A DNA stretch of 64,000 nt from an uncultured Algibacter sp. (GTDB lineage: Bacteria; Bacteroidota; Bacteroidia; Flavobacteriales; Flavobacteriaceae), in NCBI RefSeq assembly GCF_963976535.1, contig NZ_CAXBLF010000008.1, positions 1,922 through 65,921 on the forward strand. Reading direction: 5' to 3'. Every line of letters starts with the position of its first letter. Positions within the stretch are counted from its first letter, which is position 1. Shown in pieces: positions 1 through 10,570 of this stretch. The position numbers and the translations under genes are program-made. The notes beneath the pieces were generated by a model, which ran no database searches, had not been told where the DNA came from, and worked only from the letters and a program-made list of their open reading frames with translations.

Positions 1-750
1 GACAATAGTCAATTCTTTAGAAATTCAAATTCTAAAAAGAAGAGTACATCTTCAGCCAATAAACTATGGGTTAATTTAACATCAGATAATGGTGTGTTTA
101 ATCAAATATTATTAGGATACGCAGAAGGAGCTACTAATAACGATGATGGCGCTTATTATGATGCACGAAAGATTGTTGCACCAAAAGCCTTTGCCGCTCT
201 TTACTCAACTATTGAGAACACTGATAAAAAATTCGCTATTCAAGGAAAAGCAACTAACAGTTTAAATGAAGAAGAAATCATCAGTCTTGGTTTCAGTACG
301 AATATTGATGTAGCAACACTTTACAAATTATCTCTAGCACAAATTGAAGGTGAATTTTTAACAAGTAACACTGTTTACTTAAAAGATAATTTGCTTAATA
401 CGTTACATGATTTATCAGCTTCTGATTATACTTTTACTTCTGAAGTGGGAGAATTCAATGAGCGTTTTGAGATTGTATTTAACGCAAATGCTTTATCTAT
501 TGAAGATATTAGTACAAACGCTAACACTTTAAAAATTGTTGAATTAGAAGATGATCGTGTTCAGTTTACAACTTCTAGTAGCATAAAAACGGTTAGAATA
601 TTTGATTTATTAGGAAGACAATTATATGCATTTAAAGGGCAAAAAAATTCAGAAACTTATACCCTTTCAAATTTAAGTAGTACTATTTATATTGCTAAAG
701 TTGAACTTTCAAATGGAGCAACTATAACTAAAAAAGCTTTTAAGAAATAG
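1..750 (+). CDS. 3' part of a T9SS type A C-terminal sorting domain protein (starts before the window)
   Basis: Frame is open from base 1 (DNSQFFRNSNSK...KLWVNLTSDNG) and ends in a typical CTD (IFDLLGRQL...IYIAKV...TKKAFKK). Confidence 0.85.
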   Translation, partial: DNSQFFRNSNSKKKSTSSANKLWVNLTSDNGVFNQILLGYAEGATNNDDGAYYDARKIVAPKAFAALYSTIENTDKKFAIQGKATNSLNEEEIISLGFSTNIDVATLYKLSLAQIEGEFLTSNTVYLKDNLLNTLHDLSASDYTFTSEVGEFNERFEIVFNANALSIEDISTNANTLKIVELEDDRVQFTTSSSIKTVRIFDLLGRQLYAFKGQKNSETYTLSNLSSTIYIAKVELSNGATITKKAFKK

Positions 751-791
751 CGTTTTAAATAAGTTCTACATTTAATTAAAAAACACTGTAC

Positions 792-865
792 TGTCGCATT
801 GAGCGCAGTCGAAATGCATTTAAGCTACAAGTTATATAAGTTTTTCGACTGCGCTCAAAATGACA
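792..865. repeat. REP doublet of the GAGCGCAGTCGA family
   Basis: tgtcgcattgagcgcagtcgaaa (792-814) and inverted tttcgactgcgctcaaaatgaca (843-865); same family at 6551-6666, 18129-18201, 42552-42576 and 44132-44191. Confidence 0.9.
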
Positions 866-871
866 CTTAGG

Positions 872-958
872 GTCATTGTGAACATCGTGAAGCAATCTGT
901 TTAATTTTAACTGGGTTTCAGTAAGAAAGATTATCACGTCCTTCGTCCTCGTAATGTC
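872..958. repeat. Degenerate GTC-tagged REP doublet (gtcattg...gcaatct / agatt...cgtaatgtc)
   Basis: Arms at 872-898 and 928-958, between convergent gene ends. Confidence 0.65.
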
Positions 959-959
959 G

Positions 960-3371
960 TTATAAACTATATTTCAAAGATAAGATAAAGTTCCGTCCTG
1001 CCGCTGCTATACCTGAAGAATAGGTTTTATAACGCTGGTCGGTTATATTTTCAAGGCTGGTCGTTATTGTGATAGATGTATTGATTTGATATTGCGCTCT
1101 AAAATTAAGTGTAAACCAAGACGGGCTGTATGGATTTCCGTTTTCATCTAAAGCATACATATACTCTTTCTCAATTTCTGAAGGCGCTAATTGATTAAAG
1201 GATAAATCGCCATTATAATTAGCAAAAAAATCTAATTTTAAATCATTAGAAGTCCAAAGCAAATGTGTATTCCCAAAACTTGGTGCTACATGTCTAATAG
1301 GCACTTCAATATCGCCTGCCTCTTCTGTTCCTCCTATTATGGAATACTGTGAGGTTAAATCAACTTGTTTTGTAATTGGCATTTTCAACCCAACTTCAAA
1401 ACCATAAATCCATGCTTTTGATGCGTTTTGTATAGCCTGAACATTACTTAATTCACCATCATACATAATTTCAGTATTACCGTTTAAACGATAATCTCTT
1501 CTAACTAATGCATTATCCAAATAGGTATAATATGTACTCATATCCAGAATTAACTTGTCATCAAAATTTAATTTCAACCCTAGTTCGCCACCATAAGCAT
1601 ATTCTGGTCTTAAATCGTTGTTTGGCACGACCACAGAGCCAGGTTCTGAATCAAAAACCTTACCTATATCATCAATATTTGGTGCTCTAAATGCTGATGA
1701 TGCGTTTAATTTCCATTGTATAGTCGAGTTCGGCGACCAGCTAATACCAGCGGTTCCTGTTAATGCTTCAGATTCATTCTTTGCAGATTCAAACGGCAAA
1801 TTTAAATAGGCATTATTTTCAGTAAAATCAGCATCTGATGTTACATAATTAAAACGTAAACCTGACTGAAATACAAACTTTGGATTTGGTTTATACTTAA
1901 TACTAGAATACACTGCGGCAGATTGCCAACTTGAGCCATTAGGGTATCTGGAAACACTAGATACTTTAGTGTTATTTGATATATCTTCTTCTATTCCAAT
2001 AGACCACACTTTATTGTACACATACTCAGCCCCATAGAAAAACTGTGTTTTAGCAGAAAATCTTTTTTCCAAATCTAAATTAAATGAATAGGCATCAACA
2101 GCTTCTTCACGAACATATCGCATGGGTGATTGATAGTCTCTATCGCTTCTACTTTCTTTAAAATTTTGATACGCTATTGTGGCTTTTATTTTATCGTACA
2201 AATTTGATTTACTACTCAACTTTGTAACTTGTAAATTAGACATAAACCACTGTTGTGGGCCATAATTCCATTCGGTAGAACGCAAGGCACCATCTCTGTA
2301 ACGAATTAAACGGTCATATCGTGGAATATCCGATGTTGTTGTGTAATATATGCCTAAATCAAAACTTAAGTCTTCATAAGGTTCATAATGCGCTTTCTGC
2401 ATTAAGTTTAGTTGGTTATACCCAGAAAATTTTTGAACTAACGGATTATTATTTTGTATAATCACATCACCATTGGTTGTTGCTAACGCAAATTCAGGTC
2501 TTAAATATTCATTAGGACCATGGCTTCCCATCCTTAAATCGTCAAAATCAGTATATGTACCACTCGTTATAAAAGCCCATTTTTTATACCCCAAATTAAT
2601 ATCAAAATGCCCCGTTCTTTCATTACTAGCCGATGCATATCTAACCAAAGCATTACCGCTAAACATTAAAGAATCTGTATAGGATAGTTTTGGTTTTTGA
2701 GTGTAAAAACTCATAACACCTCCAATAGCATCGCTGCCATAAATTACTGAGCCTGAGCCTAAAGTAACTTCGGTATTTTGAATTGAAAAAGGATCGATTG
2801 AAATGACACTTTGAAGATTTCCACCTCTAAAAATAGCATTATTCATTCTTACACCATCCACAGTAATTAACAATCTATTTGTTGAAAAACCTCTAATCAT
2901 TGGGCTTCCGCCACCTAACTGGCTTTTTTGAATATAAACTTGCCCTGAATTTTCCAATAAATCAGCACTTGTTTGAGGATTTGTAAACAGAATATTTTTG
3001 GCATCTATACTAACTATTTTCTGCGGAATGTCTTTTCTGTTTTGCTGAAATTTAGATGCAGAAATCACAATTTCTTCTAAACCGTGTGTATTAGAAACCA
3101 AATACACTTTATTTGATTTCACAATTTCACGTTTTGTTAAGGCTTTTAATACATGGGACAAATGCTTGAAATAGATGATTTCAGTATCTGAAAATTTATC
3201 TAAATCTGCCTCCCCTCTAAAATTAGTTACAACACTTTTAGATTTATCTACATTATAAACGGCTACTCCAAAAATGGGGGCTTTAGTAATTTTATTAAGA
3301 ACTTTTACATTTTGTGCCTGAGAGGATATGGAAACAAGTATAAAGAAGAAAATAAAATAAAGCGCCTTCAT
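960..3371 (-). CDS. TonB-dependent outer membrane receptor
   Basis: Signal peptide from MKALYFIFF (start chosen at 3371, just after the recO stop), plug motifs (GGGSPMIRG, GSGSVIYGSDAIGGV), C-terminal NITDQRY...GRNF. Confidence 0.9.
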   Translation of the reverse strand: MKALYFIFFFILVSISSQAQNVKVLNKITKAPIFGVAVYNVDKSKSVVTNFRGEADLDKFSDTEIIYFKHLSHVLKALTKREIVKSNKVYLVSNTHGLEEIVISASKFQQNRKDIPQKIVSIDAKNILFTNPQTSADLLENSGQVYIQKSQLGGGSPMIRGFSTNRLLITVDGVRMNNAIFRGGNLQSVISIDPFSIQNTEVTLGSGSVIYGSDAIGGVMSFYTQKPKLSYTDSLMFSGNALVRYASASNERTGHFDINLGYKKWAFITSGTYTDFDDLRMGSHGPNEYLRPEFALATTNGDVIIQNNNPLVQKFSGYNQLNLMQKAHYEPYEDLSFDLGIYYTTTSDIPRYDRLIRYRDGALRSTEWNYGPQQWFMSNLQVTKLSSKSNLYDKIKATIAYQNFKESRSDRDYQSPMRYVREEAVDAYSFNLDLEKRFSAKTQFFYGAEYVYNKVWSIGIEEDISNNTKVSSVSRYPNGSSWQSAAVYSSIKYKPNPKFVFQSGLRFNYVTSDADFTENNAYLNLPFESAKNESEALTGTAGISWSPNSTIQWKLNASSAFRAPNIDDIGKVFDSEPGSVVVPNNDLRPEYAYGGELGLKLNFDDKLILDMSTYYTYLDNALVRRDYRLNGNTEIMYDGELSNVQAIQNASKAWIYGFEVGLKMPITKQVDLTSQYSIIGGTEEAGDIEVPIRHVAPSFGNTHLLWTSNDLKLDFFANYNGDLSFNQLAPSEIEKEYMYALDENGNPYSPSWFTLNFRAQYQINTSITITTSLENITDQRYKTYSSGIAAAGRNFILSLKYSL

Positions 3372-3375
3372 AGTT

Positions 3376-4095
3376 TTAGCTAAAAACTTCATTAAATACA
3401 TGTAAAGATTTAGGGGTTTTAAAGCTCCCCAAATGTAATTCAAAATATAGCAAAATCATACTTAAAAATGACTGCCTTTGCTTTGCATTAATTTTTATAC
3501 TTGGTAAACCATCAAATGTTGTGCCTAATAGCTTTTTTAGAAGTGTTAAATTTTCACCTGAAAGCGCATAATTATTGCTTGGTTTGATTTCAAACATCCC
3601 TTCTTGTAAATTAAAAAAAGGAAAATCTATAAGGGTTGTGTCTGGATAAAAACCTAAATATTTTGTTAGTTTTAATAGAAATAATAAGTGAAAATTCGCA
3701 TAATCAGACTGCGAATCAAGCCATAAAAATGTGCTTTCTAAATAACTATATAGTGTTTCGTTTTGTTCTTCTTCTTGCAATGTATTTGATAACACCTCAG
3801 ATAAAAACATAACAATTGACCCTTTTAAAACGTTAGAATGTAAACTCGTGTAAATATAATTTGACTTAGTTTCTTTAACGCTTTGTAATGACCTGCTATT
3901 TTTATGAGTAAATACTATTTGTAGTTGAGATAACACCTGGAAGTAGGCCGTTTTAGAGTTCCCTTTTTTACTTTTTAAAACACCTCTTAATAAAAAACTA
4001 ACAACACCTATTTCCTGAGTATAACATTTTACAATTAAGTCGTTGTCTTTGTATCTTAACTTAGAAAGCACAATGGCGTTTGTAGTAATAAGCAT
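3376..4095 (-). CDS. recO: DNA repair protein RecO
   Basis: MLITTNAIVLSKLRYKDNDLIVKCYT N-terminus and YLGFYP motif typical of Bacteroidota RecO. Confidence 0.93.
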   Translation of the reverse strand: MLITTNAIVLSKLRYKDNDLIVKCYTQEIGVVSFLLRGVLKSKKGNSKTAYFQVLSQLQIVFTHKNSRSLQSVKETKSNYIYTSLHSNVLKGSIVMFLSEVLSNTLQEEEQNETLYSYLESTFLWLDSQSDYANFHLLFLLKLTKYLGFYPDTTLIDFPFFNLQEGMFEIKPSNNYALSGENLTLLKKLLGTTFDGLPSIKINAKQRQSFLSMILLYFELHLGSFKTPKSLHVFNEVFS

Positions 4096-6443
4096 TATCT
4101 AACTACCATTAATTTTAAAACTTTAGTTTCAAACGTATCTAAATCTGAAAGCATCACCAAATAAACTCCAGATGCCACGACATTGTTTGCTAGATTTTTA
4201 CCATTCCAATAGGCTGTACCTCCATCAATCTCTAAATTATACCCTTGGTATCTTTGATTTATTCTAGATTGCGCCTCGGCAACTAAATTTCCTTCAATAT
4301 CAGTAATTTTGATATTTATATTTTCTGAAATATCCTTAATTTTTACTTTATCATCTATAATATTAAATCCAGGTCTTACTGGGTTTGGGTATGCAAAAGC
4401 ACTTGATAAATCTTCGGATGCGCTAGACCCACCAGAGTTGAAAGAGAGCAGTCCTTTACTTGTTGCAATGTAAACGACACCATTTATTTTATCTAGTGAC
4501 ACATCACTTATACTATTTGAGGGTAAGGGTGAATTATCTTTAGTAAAATGAAATATAGTATTTTGCCCGTTTGGAGAAAGGTAAAACAAGCCTGAATCTG
4601 AGGTGCCAATCCATTTATTATTCGAGCCATCTACTTCAATATCAGTTACATATTGCTCGAACAACAATTCTTTAGCGATACCATCTTCCTCTATAATAAT
4701 TTCATCAACTGTAATATTTTCTTCTGTAAAAAAATTGGATGTATTGTATAATACACGTAAGCCTCTAAAGGTCCCAATCCATAATTGATTTCTGTTATCT
4801 AATGCTACAGCTGTGGCTAATTCAGTAGGCATGTTCTGCTCATCTTTACTAATACTTTTTATTAATGGGCTGTTACCGTTTTCATTAAACCCAATAAGTC
4901 CATATTTATACGAAGCAATCCACTTTGTTTCATCATTACCGATAACAATACCAGCATACCCTAAATTTCCACCAGTAAAACCATCGATAATAACATCTGT
5001 AAAATCATAAGATTTCCATTGGTTTGTTGCCGGGTTATAAGATTTTAAAGGTTTATCTACAAGAGTACTTAAAGTCCAAAGCAGCCCATTTCTATCAAAT
5101 AGAGGGTTTAATACCCTTACACTTATAAAACTTGTGTTATTTGGAATTACCAAAGATTCTAAACCGCTATTATTTTGATCATATAAAATAGTTGGAATAT
5201 TTTCATTAACCTCTATTAATCCATTGTTGAATGAACTTATAAAAACTTGATTTGCACTAAATGGATTTATCGCTATACCATTTATATCTCTTGCTTGAAA
5301 TGCCTCTTGATACGACACGTTTACCCAGCTTTCATTATTTAAATGACTAAAACCTCGTCTTCTTCCAAATGGCACATAAAACAAACTATAGCCTCCAAAA
5401 GTTACCCAAACACCATTAGGCTCTGATTCTATTGAAAAAGGTGTATTAAACAATGGCCCTTCTGGATGTATCTCGTCAAAAACTGATGTATTATTTATAG
5501 CTGTTTTTAGTATTCCAAAATCTTTTGTACCAACATAAATATTATCTAAATCAATTATGGCTGATGTATATTGTGTATTAAAATCAGAATTAATAGGGAT
5601 TTGAGAAACAATTGTAAAATTTGAATCATATACAAAAACTTCATCTCTAGTTGTAACTATCAAATTTGAGCTAACAGATCTTAAATCTAGAGGCAACCTT
5701 GAGTATGTAAATAATTCACTTACTGAGTTTCCTATAATTTGGTATATTTTACTATTATTATTGATGGCATAAAGGTTATTTTCATTAGCTTCAATAGACT
5801 GCCAATTACCAGAACTAACTAATTGCCAATTTTGAAAATCGATTAAATTTAGGCTAGTAACTGGTGCTTTCCAAATACCATTACCGCTAAGACAAGAGGC
5901 ATAAATATAATCTTCGAAAATTGTAGTTTGAGTTACAGGAATTTGGCTTCCTCCATTTCCAATAAAATAAGTGTCTCCAAACTCAAGTCTTTCTAAATCA
6001 TAAACTGAAATCCCATAATTTGTTGATATATAGATAAGATTCTGATAAGGGTTAATATGATTAATTTTCTTATCTGTAGGTGATATTGTTGGCTTATCAA
6101 TAATATCTACAACAGTAAGAATTTCAGTATCATTATCAAACACAACTTCAATAAGTCCATTTTCATAACCAACAACTAATAACTCATAATCTTCACTGTA
6201 ATAAATGGTTGAAATACTTTCTCCAGATAACCCATTTACTGTAGTTATCTCTTTCATTTCATTAGTTTGGGTATCTAAACTAAAAATAGCATTATCCGCA
6301 GCGGCATAAATGATATTGCTTCCTTGAGTGACATCTTTAATCTCATTATAAGAAAAATATCCTTTCCAAAGCGCTGAAAAATCTTGAGAAAATTGATATA
6401 ATGGAAATAGAAAAATTATAATGACTATTACGCTTCTAAGCAT
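4095..6443 (-). CDS. porZ: T9SS component PorZ (beta-propeller plus CTD)
   Basis: W..YFSY N-terminus, repeated D..N.KWIGT propeller blades, AYPNPVRP CTD; conserved position upstream of recO. Confidence 0.85.
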   Translation of the reverse strand: MLRSVIVIIIFLFPLYQFSQDFSALWKGYFSYNEIKDVTQGSNIIYAAADNAIFSLDTQTNEMKEITTVNGLSGESISTIYYSEDYELLVVGYENGLIEVVFDNDTEILTVVDIIDKPTISPTDKKINHINPYQNLIYISTNYGISVYDLERLEFGDTYFIGNGGSQIPVTQTTIFEDYIYASCLSGNGIWKAPVTSLNLIDFQNWQLVSSGNWQSIEANENNLYAINNNSKIYQIIGNSVSELFTYSRLPLDLRSVSSNLIVTTRDEVFVYDSNFTIVSQIPINSDFNTQYTSAIIDLDNIYVGTKDFGILKTAINNTSVFDEIHPEGPLFNTPFSIESEPNGVWVTFGGYSLFYVPFGRRRGFSHLNNESWVNVSYQEAFQARDINGIAINPFSANQVFISSFNNGLIEVNENIPTILYDQNNSGLESLVIPNNTSFISVRVLNPLFDRNGLLWTLSTLVDKPLKSYNPATNQWKSYDFTDVIIDGFTGGNLGYAGIVIGNDETKWIASYKYGLIGFNENGNSPLIKSISKDEQNMPTELATAVALDNRNQLWIGTFRGLRVLYNTSNFFTEENITVDEIIIEEDGIAKELLFEQYVTDIEVDGSNNKWIGTSDSGLFYLSPNGQNTIFHFTKDNSPLPSNSISDVSLDKINGVVYIATSKGLLSFNSGGSSASEDLSSAFAYPNPVRPGFNIIDDKVKIKDISENINIKITDIEGNLVAEAQSRINQRYQGYNLEIDGGTAYWNGKNLANNVVASGVYLVMLSDLDTFETKVLKLMVVR

Positions 6444-6518
6444 AGGTGTTTTTTGAATGTTCAAATATATTTATAACTAACGAGTTTTACGTCAAAATAA
6501 TATATTTTAAACGAAAAA

Positions 6519-6691
6519 AGGCTGTCTGAAAAGTCAATTTTGGAGTAAATTGTCACATTGAGCATTGGTGAAATGAAAATATTTTTTCATTGAAAGCACC
6601 TTGCGAAGCAAACCGAAATACATTGAAAATCAAGATTATACGTTTTCGAATGCGCTCAAACTGACAACTCGAAAAACTTTTCAAACAGCCT
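6519..6691. repeat. Composite MITE-like element: 16-bp outer inverted repeat enclosing a GAGCGCAGTCGA-family REP doublet
   Basis: aggctgtctgaaaagt (6519-6534) pairs with acttttcaaacagcct (6676-6691), 1 mismatch; inner arms at 6551-6575 and 6641-6666. Confidence 0.75.
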
Positions 6692-6719
6692 CTTTTATAT
6701 CGAAATATTTTAAATTTCT

Positions 6720-8063
6720 CTAAACAACACCTTGTGCTAACATAGCATCAGCTACTTTTACAAAGCCCGCAATATTTGCGCCTTTTACATAATCAATATA
6801 ACCATCTTCATCTTTTCCATATTCTAAACATGATTTATGGATATCAGACATAATATCTTTAAGTTTGTTATCAACTTCTTCTCTTGACCATTTAAATCTT
6901 AAAGAGTTTTGAGTCATTTCTAAACCTGAAGTAGCCACACCACCAGCATTAGAGGCTTTTCCTGGTGCAAATAATATTTTTGCTTTATGGAAAGCTGTAA
7001 TAGCGTCTTTAGTTGAGGGCATGTTAGCACCTTCGCTAACACAAATACAACCATTATCTAAAAGCATTTTAGCATCAGCTTCATGAAGTTCATTTTGAGT
7101 TGCACATGGCAAAGCCACATCACATTTAACTTCCCAAGGTGTTTTTCCTTTTACAAATTTTGCTTTTGGATAAGCCTGTAGATATTCACTTATTCTGCCT
7201 CTCTTCACATTTTTAAGTTCCATAACGAAAGCTAATTTTTCTTCATCCATGCCTTCTTCATCATAAATATAACCTGAAGAATCTGAAAGTGTTAGCACTT
7301 TCCCACCTAACTGCAATACCTTTTCAGCAGCATATTGCGCCACGTTTCCCGATCCAGATACAACTACATTTTTACTTTTAATACTATCCCCTTTTGTTTC
7401 AAGCATTTTTTGTGCAAAATATACGTTACCATATCCTGTTGCTTCTGGTCTAATTAAAGAACCTCCCCAAGACATACCTTTACCTGTTAAAACTCCAGTA
7501 AATTCATTTCTTAATTTTTTGTACATGCCAAATAAGAAACCAATTTCTCTAGTACCTACACCAATATCTCCAGCAGGGACATCGGTATTTGGGCCTATGT
7601 ATCTAAACAGTTCACTCATAAAAGCATGACAAAAACGCATTATTTCATTATCAGATTTACCCTTTGGATCAAAATCACTACCACCTTTTCCGCCACCCAT
7701 GGGCAACGTTGTTAAAGAGTTTTTAAACACCTGCTCAAAAGCTAAAAACTTTAAAATACTCGCATTTACTGTTGGATGAAAGCGCAAACCACCTTTATAT
7801 GGTCCAATAGCGGAGTTCATTTGAACTCTATAACCCCTATTTACTTGTATTTCACCATTATCATCTACCCAAGAGATTCTAAAAGAAATCAATCGTTCAG
7901 GTTCAACCATTCTAAGCAGAATGTTTTTACCATAATAAATATCATGTTGAACAATGTAAGGAATTACAGTTTCTGCAACTTCCTCTACGGCTTGTAAAAA
8001 CTCTGGTTCGTGACCATTTCTTTCTTTTACAAGGTCTAAAAATGCTTCAATGTTATCTTTCAT
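6720..8063 (-). CDS. gdhA: NADP-specific glutamate dehydrogenase
   Basis: GPYKGGLRFHP, GGGKGGSDF, DVPAGDIGVG and GSGNVAQY motifs. Confidence 0.97.
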   Translation of the reverse strand: MKDNIEAFLDLVKERNGHEPEFLQAVEEVAETVIPYIVQHDIYYGKNILLRMVEPERLISFRISWVDDNGEIQVNRGYRVQMNSAIGPYKGGLRFHPTVNASILKFLAFEQVFKNSLTTLPMGGGKGGSDFDPKGKSDNEIMRFCHAFMSELFRYIGPNTDVPAGDIGVGTREIGFLFGMYKKLRNEFTGVLTGKGMSWGGSLIRPEATGYGNVYFAQKMLETKGDSIKSKNVVVSGSGNVAQYAAEKVLQLGGKVLTLSDSSGYIYDEEGMDEEKLAFVMELKNVKRGRISEYLQAYPKAKFVKGKTPWEVKCDVALPCATQNELHEADAKMLLDNGCICVSEGANMPSTKDAITAFHKAKILFAPGKASNAGGVATSGLEMTQNSLRFKWSREEVDNKLKDIMSDIHKSCLEYGKDEDGYIDYVKGANIAGFVKVADAMLAQGVV

Positions 8064-8264
8064 ATATACAATTATTACATTGTTATTTATTAAATATGTA
8101 ATTTATCGATACAAATATACGTTATCTTCAAAAAAATATTCATTTATTTTTGAATTTCGCAATAAATATTTTCAAGTTGTATTAGTACAATTTATTAATG
8201 TTTGTTTGTTTTACTAGTTTTTATATATTTGTTCATAATAATGCCCTCAAAAAAAAAACCTTTT

Positions 8265-9068
8265 ATGCTTAACTTGAAACATTTAGTTTCTACTTTTTGC
8301 TTGTTTCTTATAGTTCAAACGGCAAGTGCTCAACTAGGCTTTTCTCATGAAGTAGGCGTTATTGCTGGCCCTGTTCAATTTAGATCAGATTTTGGTAGTC
8401 GTGAAGATTCTAAAACAAATTTTGGTAATTCTGGTTATGGAATAGGAATTGTTCATTATTTAAATTTCGCATACAGAGCAGACTGTAATTGCTATACAAC
8501 AGATACTTTTTTTAATGACCATTTTAAGTTAAGGAATGAGCTTTCTTATAATAAAACAAATTTAGAACACCTTGGAAAATGGGTAAGTCCTGACCGCACA
8601 ACAATTGAGGCCAACCAACTTAGAGCACACAAAGGTGTTGCTAAAAACTTAGATATTGGTACTCAACTTGAGTTTTTCCCTTTAAGTATTCGCGATTTTC
8701 AAGGGTTTGCATACAGTTTTGCTCCTTTTGTAAGTTTTGGGGTTCATTACACCTCTTTTACTCCTGAGGTAAGCACCACATATGCTAATCCGGACCCAAC
8801 AGCTGTTGGTGATGTTACAGACCCAAGTAACTTTTACTCTGCTTGGGAACCAGGTTCTGTTGATGCCTCTCCAGGTAGTACTTGGTCTATTGTTTCTAGC
8901 GTTGGCGTTAGATATAAGCTTACTAAGGTTTCTGACCTCATGTTAGATCTAAGGTGGCAATACTATTTTAACGACCGTATTGACGGTTTAGACCACCAAT
9001 TAAGCTATAATAAGTACAACGACTGGTTAGTTTGGTTAAACTTTGGTTACATTTATTATCTAGATTAA
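8265..9068 (+). CDS. Outer-membrane beta-barrel protein (THC0290_0291-like)
   Basis: Signal peptide, alternating beta-strand pattern, C-terminal NFGYIYYLD; start chosen at MLNLKHL. Confidence 0.7.
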   Translation: MLNLKHLVSTFCLFLIVQTASAQLGFSHEVGVIAGPVQFRSDFGSREDSKTNFGNSGYGIGIVHYLNFAYRADCNCYTTDTFFNDHFKLRNELSYNKTNLEHLGKWVSPDRTTIEANQLRAHKGVAKNLDIGTQLEFFPLSIRDFQGFAYSFAPFVSFGVHYTSFTPEVSTTYANPDPTAVGDVTDPSNFYSAWEPGSVDASPGSTWSIVSSVGVRYKLTKVSDLMLDLRWQYYFNDRIDGLDHQLSYNKYNDWLVWLNFGYIYYLD

Positions 9069-9072
9069 TAAA

Positions 9073-10212
9073 CTATCCCAAAGCCTGCTTTAAATCGGCA
9101 ATTAAGTCATCTATATCTTCAATACCTACACTAAGTCTTATTAAAGAATCTACAACGCCTGTTTTTTCCCGTTCTTCTTTTGGTATACTAGCGTGTGTCA
9201 TACTTGCTGGATGTCCTGAAAGCGATTCAACACCACCTAAAGACTCAGCCAAAGTAAATACTTTTAGTTTTTCAACAATTTTAATAGCTTCCTCGAAATT
9301 ATTCCCTTTAGATGTAAAAGATATCATCCCACCAAAATCACTCATTTGGCTTTTAGCAATATCATGATTTGGATGATTTTCAAACCCTGGCCAATACACC
9401 TTTTCAATTTTAGGATGATTCGCTAAAAATTCAGCGACAGCCTTACCGTTTTCGCAGTGGCGTTGCATTCTAACATGTAATGTTTTTATACCTCTTAATA
9501 GTAAAAAACTATCTTGAGGACCACAAATAGCACCGCTGGCATTTTGAATAAAGTATAATTTATCGGCCAAATCTTTATCATTAACTACCAGAGCTCCCAT
9601 TACCACATCACTATGTCCTCCTAGATATTTTGTTGCCGAATGCATAACAATATCAGCACCTAAATCAAGGGGTTGTTGCAAATATGGCGTTGCAAACGTA
9701 TTATCTACAGCTAATAAAATATTATTGTTTTTTGCAATAGATGATACAGCCTTAACATCAATTATATGCATCATTGGGTTTGTTGGTGTTTCAACCCAAA
9801 TAAGCTTTGTATTCTTGTTTATATAAGCTTCAATATTGGATGCATTTTGCATGCCTATAAAGTGAAATTTTATTCCAAAATCTTGATAAATCTTAGTGAA
9901 TAACCTAAAAGAGCCTCCGTACAAATCATTTGTAGAAACGACTTCATCACCAGGTTTTAATAATTTAATAATGGCATCAATAGCTGCAAGACCAGAACTA
10001 AATGCAAGACCGTATTTTCCGTTTTCAATACTTGCAAACGCATTTTCCAAAGCATTTCGAGTAGGGTTATGTGTTCTTGAATATTCATAACCTTTATGAC
10101 CTCCAGGTGTGGTTTGAGCGTAGGTTGTTGTTTGATAAATTGGCGGCATAACGGCGCCATAAGCTTTGTCGTGTTCTTGACCTCCGTGAATGACTTTAGT
10201 ATTGAATTTCAT
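9073..10212 (-). CDS. Cystathionine gamma-synthase/lyase (PLP-dependent transsulfuration enzyme)
   Basis: MKFNTKVIHGG, YEYSRTHNPTR and HSATKYLGGHSD (PLP lysine); true start 10212. The longer ORF start only reads through a palindrome. Confidence 0.93.
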   Translation of the reverse strand: MKFNTKVIHGGQEHDKAYGAVMPPIYQTTTYAQTTPGGHKGYEYSRTHNPTRNALENAFASIENGKYGLAFSSGLAAIDAIIKLLKPGDEVVSTNDLYGGSFRLFTKIYQDFGIKFHFIGMQNASNIEAYINKNTKLIWVETPTNPMMHIIDVKAVSSIAKNNNILLAVDNTFATPYLQQPLDLGADIVMHSATKYLGGHSDVVMGALVVNDKDLADKLYFIQNASGAICGPQDSFLLLRGIKTLHVRMQRHCENGKAVAEFLANHPKIEKVYWPGFENHPNHDIAKSQMSDFGGMISFTSKGNNFEEAIKIVEKLKVFTLAESLGGVESLSGHPASMTHASIPKEEREKTGVVDSLIRLSVGIEDIDDLIADLKQALG

Positions 10213-10242
10213 GTGGTTGTATTTATTGTTTTTAAAATGACA

Positions 10243-10266
10243 CACTTGCCTACCGGAAGGCAGGTG
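10243..10266. repeat. CCTGCC...GGCAGG palindrome copy
   Basis: cacttgcctaccggaaggcaggtg; related copy inside tex at 38074-38089. Confidence 0.7.
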
Positions 10267-10340
10267 TAATATCCATGTAATCATTTTTTTAGCTGACTAA
10301 GTTTTTAGTCCTGATGTTTCATCAGTAAATATCTTTTGCA

Positions 10341-10348
10341 CAAATGTA
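10341..10348 (-). promoter_or_regulatory. Bacteroidota sigma70 -7 element (TACATTTG)
   Basis: Reverse complement of caaatgta matches TAnnTTTG, about 130 nt upstream of the 10212 start. Confidence 0.55.
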
Positions 10349-10454
10349 AGTTTTAATTCGGTTTAGTAAAGTGCATTTTTTAAATCATAAGTCTAGAATC
10401 TAATAAATATTGCTTTTCTGTAAAGCCGTTTTGATAGCACTGATGTCTTTACTA

Positions 10455-10480
10455 AGATTCCCGCTTTCGCGAGAATGACA
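10455..10480. repeat. Single REP arm agattcccgctttcgcgagaatgaca
   Basis: AGATT...AATGACA architecture shared with the arms at 30000, 30430, 30560 and 44267. Confidence 0.7.
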
Positions 10481-10570
10481 ATTTAAACGGAAACCTCGAT
10501 CTTTTTTATCGAGGAATTCTTTCTCAATTCAAATGCAATAATTATCTTTAAACTAGCTTTATATTAATAT

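Noticed and set aside
10213-10284. 24-aa N-terminal extension of the cystathionine enzyme
   Set aside because: It reads through the CCTGCC palindrome; the family N-terminus begins at MKFNT.
10213-10340. SAM riboswitch upstream of the transsulfuration gene
   Set aside because: Has hairpins and a GCTAAAAA run, but I could not match the SAM-I or SAM-II core; the hairpins are explained by dispersed palindromes.
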